Shown here piece by piece: positions 58,541-64,000 of a stretch of 64,000 nt of DNA. Each line of letters starts with the position of its first letter. The first letter of the stretch is position 1. The notes below the pieces were generated by a model that saw only the letters and a list, made by a program, of their open reading frames with translations, was not told where the DNA came from and did no database searches. Made by a program: the position numbers and the translations under genes. Source of the stretch: an uncultured virus (IMG/VR IMGVR_UViG_3300023110_001575) (taxonomy: Duplodnaviria > Heunggongvirae > Uroviricota > Caudoviricetes); IMG/VR virus record IMGVR_UViG_3300023110_001575, positions 1-64,000 of that record; one strand, given 5' to 3'.

Positions 58541-59712
58541 AAAAAGTAGCAATGATAGGATGCGGCAAATTAGGACAAGATTGTGCCGAAGTAATGGCAA
58601 CACATTATGATGTTGTAGGTTATGATGTTGCAAAGCGGACACCGCGAAACTTTTCTATGTGTCAAACTATAAAAGACGCAGTTACAGATACAAATATAAT
58701 TTTTGTTGCAGTGCCCACACCACACGAAGCACAATATGGAGGCGAGACTCCTACTAGTCATTTGCCTAATAAAGATTTTGACTATAGTATTGTTGAATCT
58801 GTGTTACGTAAAATTAACAAGCATGTAAACAAATCACAGTTAGTTGTGCTTATTAGTACAGTTCTTCCTGGTACAACTAGAAATAGATTTATCAAACTAA
58901 TAAAAAATGCACGTTTTGTTTACAATCCTTACTTAATAGCAATGGGTACAATTAAATGGGACATGGTAAATCCTGAAATGGTTATTATTGGCACTGAAGA
59001 CGGTAGCACTACAGATGATGCAAAAGAGTTGATCGACTTTTATAAGCCTATAATGCAAAACAATCCTAGATATGAAATAGGCACATGGGATGAAGCAGAA
59101 GCTATAAAAATATTTTACAATACGTTTATCAGTACTAAACTAAGTTTAGTTAATATGATACAAGATGTTGCTGAAACAAGTGGTAATATTAATGTTGATG
59201 TTGTTACAGAAGCCCTTGCAAAAAGCACATACCGAATTATGGGGCCAGGCTATATGCAAGCAGGTATGGGAGACGGAGGCGCATGTCATCCTAGAGATAA
59301 TATTGCTTTACGATATCTAGCACAACGGTTAGACTTAGGTTATGATTTGTTTGATAGTATTATGACTGCAAGAGAAGTACAAGCCAAAAGAATGGCACAG
59401 AGATTGATTAGAGAAGGTAATGATATTTGTATTGTAGGAAAAGCCTATAAGCCAGGAGTTTATTACACTATAGGCAGTAGTAGTATGCTAGTAGGACATT
59501 ATGTAGAAGAATTAGGAGGGTCTCTAACTTATTATGACATCAACACAGGAGATACGGTATTTCCTAAAGCAGATGTATATCTAATAGGTTATTGGGAACA
59601 GTATGTAGAAGAAATTGAATGGCCGCTTGGGTCTACAGTAGTAGATCCTTGGAGGAAACTTAGAGATTCAAACGAATTCAAAGTTGTACATTACGGTAAC
59701 ACACGGAGTTAA
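58537..59712 (+). CDS. UDP-glucose/GDP-mannose 6-dehydrogenase family protein
   Basis: GCGKLG Rossmann motif, FVAVPTP, ISTVLPGT, EAIKIFYN, GDGGACHPRD (catalytic Cys) and AYKP. Confidence 0.9.
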   Translation: MKKVAMIGCGKLGQDCAEVMATHYDVVGYDVAKRTPRNFSMCQTIKDAVTDTNIIFVAVPTPHEAQYGGETPTSHLPNKDFDYSIVESVLRKINKHVNKSQLVVLISTVLPGTTRNRFIKLIKNARFVYNPYLIAMGTIKWDMVNPEMVIIGTEDGSTTDDAKELIDFYKPIMQNNPRYEIGTWDEAEAIKIFYNTFISTKLSLVNMIQDVAETSGNINVDVVTEALAKSTYRIMGPGYMQAGMGDGGACHPRDNIALRYLAQRLDLGYDLFDSIMTAREVQAKRMAQRLIREGNDICIVGKAYKPGVYYTIGSSSMLVGHYVEELGGSLTYYDINTGDTVFPKADVYLIGYWEQYVEEIEWPLGSTVVDPWRKLRDSNEFKVVHYGNTRS

Positions 59713-59719
59713 ATATTGC

Positions 59720-60460
59720 ATGGAACTAGTAACACATCTTAAAACAACATATCCAAACATTAAAAAATTAAATTATGAATTTGTAGGAACACCGCCATAT
59801 CCTATGATTACATTAGACAATTTTTTGCCAGAATCAATGGCAAAAGCAATGGAACTTGAGTGCGAAAGCATACCAGAATTCCATTGGAAAGAATTTACCC
59901 GTCGCGATAGTTATATGCGTGAACTTACAAATTTAGAGGTAGCACCTGTAGCACAAAATTTTACAAATCAAATGCACAGTCAAGCAGGTATGCAATGGTT
60001 GATTAAACTTACTGGTATTAAGGATCTTATTCCTGATCCTTATATTGTAGGTGCAGGTTATAGTAGAAGTTATCCAGGATGTAAATTATCAATCCATACA
60101 GATTTTAACTGGAATGATACAATTAAAGTACATCGTATGCTGAGTATGATAATTTATCTAGGATCGGATTGGGAAGAAGAATGGGGCGGCCATTTACATT
60201 TCAATGACTTCAACAATAAAGGTCCTGTACAAAAAGTTGCACCAATGTTTAATAGAGCAATTATTTGGAGACACCATGAAAGAGGGTTCCATGGGTTTCC
60301 TGATGCACTAGCATGTCCTGAAGGGCGTACAAGAAATGCATTTAGATTGTTCTTTTACGTAAGCAATGCAAAACACGATGATGAGAATTTACCTCATCGT
60401 AGTTTGTATTGGTTTGATGAAGAAACAGGCGAACCCTATGATATTACAACTGAAAGATAG
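59720..60460 (+). CDS. 2OG-Fe(II) oxygenase (prolyl-4-hydroxylase-like)
   Basis: LSIHTDFN (HxD), W.EEWGG.L, P.FNRAII, FHG and a distal Arg. Start set at ATG 59720. Confidence 0.85.
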   Translation: MELVTHLKTTYPNIKKLNYEFVGTPPYPMITLDNFLPESMAKAMELECESIPEFHWKEFTRRDSYMRELTNLEVAPVAQNFTNQMHSQAGMQWLIKLTGIKDLIPDPYIVGAGYSRSYPGCKLSIHTDFNWNDTIKVHRMLSMIIYLGSDWEEEWGGHLHFNDFNNKGPVQKVAPMFNRAIIWRHHERGFHGFPDALACPEGRTRNAFRLFFYVSNAKHDDENLPHRSLYWFDEETGEPYDITTER

Positions 60461-61088
60461 AACTGTAGAGTTAAACGATCCTTGGGATGCAGTCACAGTA
60501 TTTGAAGATAGACTAGCAGAATATGCTGGATCTAAATATGCAGTATGTGTTGATAGTTGTAGTAATTCAATGTTTCTTTGTATGAAATACTTAGGCGTAA
60601 CAGGTCAAACAATTACATTGCCTGCACATACATATTCAAGCACACCAATGCAGTGTATTCACGCAGGTAATAAAATTAAATTTATTGATAAAGAATGGAG
60701 TGGTGATTATTTTTTAGATCCTACTCCTATTGTTGACGGAGCAACTAGATTCCGTAAAGGAATGTATATACCTGAGTCATATTATTGTGTAAGTTTTCAT
60801 CATAGAAAAACACTTAAATTAGGTAAAGGTGGAGTAATACTAACAGATGACATAGACTTTGTAGAATGGTGCCGTCCTATGATTTATGATGGGCGCCACA
60901 AATATGTTAGACATGAAGATGACGATTATAGTTGTATAGGCTATCATATGTATATGACTCCAGAAGAAGCCATAAGAGGTATTACACTCTTTGAAGAATT
61001 AGGACCAGATAATCCTGATACAGGTTCTAGTACAACATACAAAGATTTACGAAAACAGAAAGTATTTGACGAGTATAGAGATGAGTAA
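60438..61088 (+). CDS. DegT/DnrJ/EryC1/StrS-family PLP-dependent aminotransferase (short, ~216 aa)
   Basis: FEDRLAEYAGSKYAVCVDSCS, P..TY, SFHHRKTLKLGKGGVILTDD (PLP Lys loop) and GYHMYM. Start set at ATG 60438. Confidence 0.8.
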   Translation: MILQLKDRTVELNDPWDAVTVFEDRLAEYAGSKYAVCVDSCSNSMFLCMKYLGVTGQTITLPAHTYSSTPMQCIHAGNKIKFIDKEWSGDYFLDPTPIVDGATRFRKGMYIPESYYCVSFHHRKTLKLGKGGVILTDDIDFVEWCRPMIYDGRHKYVRHEDDDYSCIGYHMYMTPEEAIRGITLFEELGPDNPDTGSSTTYKDLRKQKVFDEYRDE

Positions 61089-62124
61089 AATAAACGCAAA
61101 CACAGAATGGGGCACACTTAAAGAAGTAATTTTAGGTAATGCAGAGTGGGCTCAAGTTCCTAGGATCAAAAACAAAGATATACATTGTGTTGACTATGCT
61201 AACATAGATGATTTATCCGACATGCCGGGCGGGCAATATCCAGAAGATGTTATTAACGAAACTATAGAAGACTTAAACGTGTTTCAAAAACAACTTGAAG
61301 ACATTGGTGTAAAAGTCATGCGTCCTACAAAGTTTAATCATGGAGTTACACACATGTCTCCTGATTGGTCTACTGATGCATACTATAGTTATTGTCCACG
61401 TGATAGTGTGCTTACTATTGGTGATATGCTTATCGAAACTCCTATGCCTCTTAGAAGTAGATATTTTGAAACATTTGGTATGAGAAGTATTTTCAAAGAG
61501 TATTTTGTAAACGGCAGTAGATGGATTGCAGCACCTAAGCCTAGATTACCAGATAAACTTTATGATAGATCAGATCTAAATGCTCCTACACTTACTGAAT
61601 ATGAACCAGCATTTGATGCTGCTAACTGTGTAAAGATAGGTAAAGATATATTATATCTTGTTTCAAACAGCGGAAACAAAATGGGCGCACGGTGGCTACA
61701 AAGTACACTTGGTGAAAAGTATACAGTGCATATGTTAGAAAACGTGTATGCATATGTACATTTAGATACTAGTATTATGCCATTGGCACCTGGTAAAGTA
61801 TTATTAAATTCTGAAAGAGTAAAAGAAGAACAACTACCTGACATATTCAACAAGTGGGAAAAAATATGGGCACCTGAACCACATGAAACACAGGTTATGC
61901 ATGATTGGGCACCTGCAAGTCCTTGGCTAGGAATGAATATTTTAAGTTTAAGTGAATCTTTAGTTGCCGTTGAAGAAAATCAACATAGTTTAACAAAAAC
62001 TTTAGAAAATTCAGGCTTTGATGTTATGCACGTAAAGATGAGACATTGTCGAACACTAAGCGGCGGCCCCCATTGTGTTACACTTGATACAGTTAGAGAG
62101 GATGAATATGCAGACTATCGATAA
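61081..62124 (+). CDS. Amidinotransferase (glycine / inosamine-phosphate amidinotransferase family)
   Basis: TEWGTLKEVILG, YCPRD, RSRYFE, FDAAN, SGNKMG, HLDT and LSGGPHCVTLD (Asp-His-Cys triad). Confidence 0.9.
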   Translation: MSKINANTEWGTLKEVILGNAEWAQVPRIKNKDIHCVDYANIDDLSDMPGGQYPEDVINETIEDLNVFQKQLEDIGVKVMRPTKFNHGVTHMSPDWSTDAYYSYCPRDSVLTIGDMLIETPMPLRSRYFETFGMRSIFKEYFVNGSRWIAAPKPRLPDKLYDRSDLNAPTLTEYEPAFDAANCVKIGKDILYLVSNSGNKMGARWLQSTLGEKYTVHMLENVYAYVHLDTSIMPLAPGKVLLNSERVKEEQLPDIFNKWEKIWAPEPHETQVMHDWAPASPWLGMNILSLSESLVAVEENQHSLTKTLENSGFDVMHVKMRHCRTLSGGPHCVTLDTVREDEYADYR

Positions 62125-62998
62125 AGCAATTATTGGCTTAGGTTGTAGTTGGACACAGGGCGAAGGCGGCTATACAGAAGAAACATGGAAGAAACACAAC
62201 GGAAAGATGAATTTTCCTATGGATCAAAGCACAGACCTTATTCCTATGGAATGGGAAAACAGTTGGGTTAATGTATTAGCAAGGGATCATTTTACGGATT
62301 ATACAGCAGTTAATTTAGGTCAGCGAGGTATAGGTAACAGAGCAGCAGCAAGGTGTTTGTACTTGACAGATATAGATTGGGATGCAATGGAAGATTGCAT
62401 TATTGTGTTTATGCTAAGTGGATACGAACGTTTTGATTTTTTTAGACAAGACATGCATTTTGACGAAGAGCCGCATTTTACAAGACACAGAGAACACCCT
62501 TATAAACGTGCTCATCATTATAACTTTAATACTGTATGGCCTAATGATAGTGACAAGTTTTGGAAAGCATATACAAGAACTTGTTGGAGCGAAACATGTG
62601 CAAGTATGGAAACTCTATGTAGTATTTTAGAAGTGCAAAATTTTTGTAAGGCCTATGGATTTAAATTTGTTCTTGCAAATGCATTTGATTATAGAGGAAA
62701 ACATGATTTAGAAACAAGAACAGGCGGTTTGCACGATCAAATAGATTGGACAAAGTATATACACGATTATAGACATTATGATCAATTTGTAGATTTGCTA
62801 GTAGAAGCAGATGATTGGTTACAAGGTGAACATGAAAGATCACAATGGTGGGATAGATATCATAATTTAGATTATCCTAAACAGTTTCTAACAAATGATA
62901 TTCATCCAAATATCAATGGCTACAAGTTAATGGCAAAAGAACTTGCAGAATTTATTACAGAAACATATGGCTTGACAACTGCAAAAAATCCTGTATAA
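62108..62998 (+). CDS. SGNH hydrolase-like protein (paralog of 50169)
   Basis: LGCSWTQG, NLGQRGIGN and C-terminal NDIHPNINGY. Start is approximate (ATG 62102 or 62108). Confidence 0.65.
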   Translation: MQTIDKAIIGLGCSWTQGEGGYTEETWKKHNGKMNFPMDQSTDLIPMEWENSWVNVLARDHFTDYTAVNLGQRGIGNRAAARCLYLTDIDWDAMEDCIIVFMLSGYERFDFFRQDMHFDEEPHFTRHREHPYKRAHHYNFNTVWPNDSDKFWKAYTRTCWSETCASMETLCSILEVQNFCKAYGFKFVLANAFDYRGKHDLETRTGGLHDQIDWTKYIHDYRHYDQFVDLLVEADDWLQGEHERSQWWDRYHNLDYPKQFLTNDIHPNINGYKLMAKELAEFITETYGLTTAKNPV

Positions 62999-63017
62999 TT
63001 TATAAAAAGGATTTCGT

Positions 63018-64000
63018 ATGAGCGATTATAATCAGTCTGCAGATATTGCAGAAAAGCAGTTAAAGAATATCAGCAAGACAATGTGTTATGCAAAATGGAC
63101 ACAGGTTTCTATGCATCTTACAAATGGTAAAACGCATAGTTGCTATCATCCGCCATTGCATGATATGGATGTTGATGCTGTAAAAGCAAATCCTAAAGCC
63201 TTACATAATACTGCACAAAAGAAAGAAGAACGTGCAATGATGCTCAAAGGCGAGCGTCCTGCAGGTTGTGCATATTGCTGGAAGATTGAAGACGTAGGAG
63301 GTCGCAGTGATAGAATATACCGTTCCGGAGAGTATTGGGCACAGAATAGTAGAAGTGATATTATTGATGCACTAGATACAGGTGACGTAGATCCACGTTA
63401 TATGGAAGTTAATTTTAACCAAGCATGTAATTTTTCTTGTATGTATTGTTCTCCACATTTAAGCACAACATGGGAAGAAAAAATCAAAGAACATGGCGAA
63501 TTTAAAATACTAGATGCAGAGGGCAAGGAAACAGGACATAACAATCTAGAGTATTTGCAAGAAAAAGGACTTATGCCTTTGAAAGTACGGCAAAGCGAAA
63601 ATCCTTATCTTGAAGCTTTTTGGAAATGGTGGCCTAGTTTATATAACAAACTAGAAGTATTTCGTATTACAGGCGGCGAGCCGTTAATGGACATCAACAC
63701 ATTTCGTGTACTTGAATATATCTATGAAAATCCAAACACATGGCTTGAATTAAGTATTACAACAAACATGTGTCCTCCTAAAGAAGAACTTATGGATAGA
63801 TTCTTATCTAAAGTAAAAAAACTTGAAGAGATACAAATTTGGGAAGATAAAAATCGTTGGAATCCAGGTAGCGGAAACAACTGGTATGTTAACATGGCAT
63901 TGAAAAACTTTGCGTTGTTTATTTCAGTTGACAGCGTAGGCTCACAAGCAGAATACATACGTGGCGGATTAAAGTGGGATACAATGACACGTAATACTAT
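63018..64000 (+). CDS. Radical SAM protein, paralog of 48794 (runs off the right edge, absent from ORF track)
   Basis: Manual translation from ATG 63018 (AAGGA RBS): MSDYNQSADIAEKQLKNISKTMCYAKW...HSCYHP...GCAYCW...CNFSCMYCSP...FRITGGEPLM. Confidence 0.88.
   Translation, partial: MSDYNQSADIAEKQLKNISKTMCYAKWTQVSMHLTNGKTHSCYHPPLHDMDVDAVKANPKALHNTAQKKEERAMMLKGERPAGCAYCWKIEDVGGRSDRIYRSGEYWAQNSRSDIIDALDTGDVDPRYMEVNFNQACNFSCMYCSPHLSTTWEEKIKEHGEFKILDAEGKETGHNNLEYLQEKGLMPLKVRQSENPYLEAFWKWWPSLYNKLEVFRITGGEPLMDINTFRVLEYIYENPNTWLELSITTNMCPPKEELMDRFLSKVKKLEEIQIWEDKNRWNPGSGNNWYVNMALKNFALFISVDSVGSQAEYIRGGLKWDTMTRNT

Noticed and set aside
12222..63958. Numerous 60-110 aa antisense or alternate-frame ORFs within long genes
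   Set aside because: They are nested in well-supported genes with no RBS or motifs, as expected by chance from codon bias.
1..64000. Stop-codon reassignment (alternative genetic code) as seen in some large phages
   Set aside because: Genes are full-length and tightly packed in the standard code, and TAA, TAG and TGA all serve as stops.
45607..64000. Bacterial LPS/capsule locus or host contamination
   Set aside because: It is contiguous and co-oriented with phage structural genes, has similar composition and TAAATA motifs, and shows no flippase, polymerase, ABC exporter or other membrane protein.

Overview
This window is a 64-kb piece of an AT-rich, T4-like (myovirus) large or jumbo phage genome read in the standard code. 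No host genes, rRNA, tRNA, CRISPR array or IS element were seen. From 1 to 10.5 kb the genes are mostly on the minus strand: portal (gp20, cut by the window edge), tape measure, a probable internal head protein, a GIY-YIG nuclease, gp46/gp47 recombination nuclease and the gp55 late sigma factor, with a gp26-like gene on the plus strand. From 10.6 to 45.2 kb is a plus-strand baseplate and tail-fibre block (gp48/54-like, gp53, gp27-like, gp5, NlpC/P60, gp25, gp6, a 4806-aa giant protein, fibre paralogs). From 45.2 to 64 kb is a dense cluster of glycosyltransferase-like, nucleotide-sugar, radical-SAM, SGNH, 2OG-oxygenase, aminotransferase and amidinotransferase genes. The strongest leads are: (1) a ~250-nt structured, possibly pseudoknotted non-coding element abutting the stop of the GIY-YIG nuclease and followed by GNA-type DNA mini-hairpins; (2) a T_TTT_TTC slippery site with a 13-bp stem predicting a -1 frameshift that fuses gp26 to an unannotated gp51-like ORF; (3) a late-promoter-linked pathway that may build an unusual methylated or guanidinylated glycan on the virion. 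All protein calls come from motif recognition by eye, not database searches.
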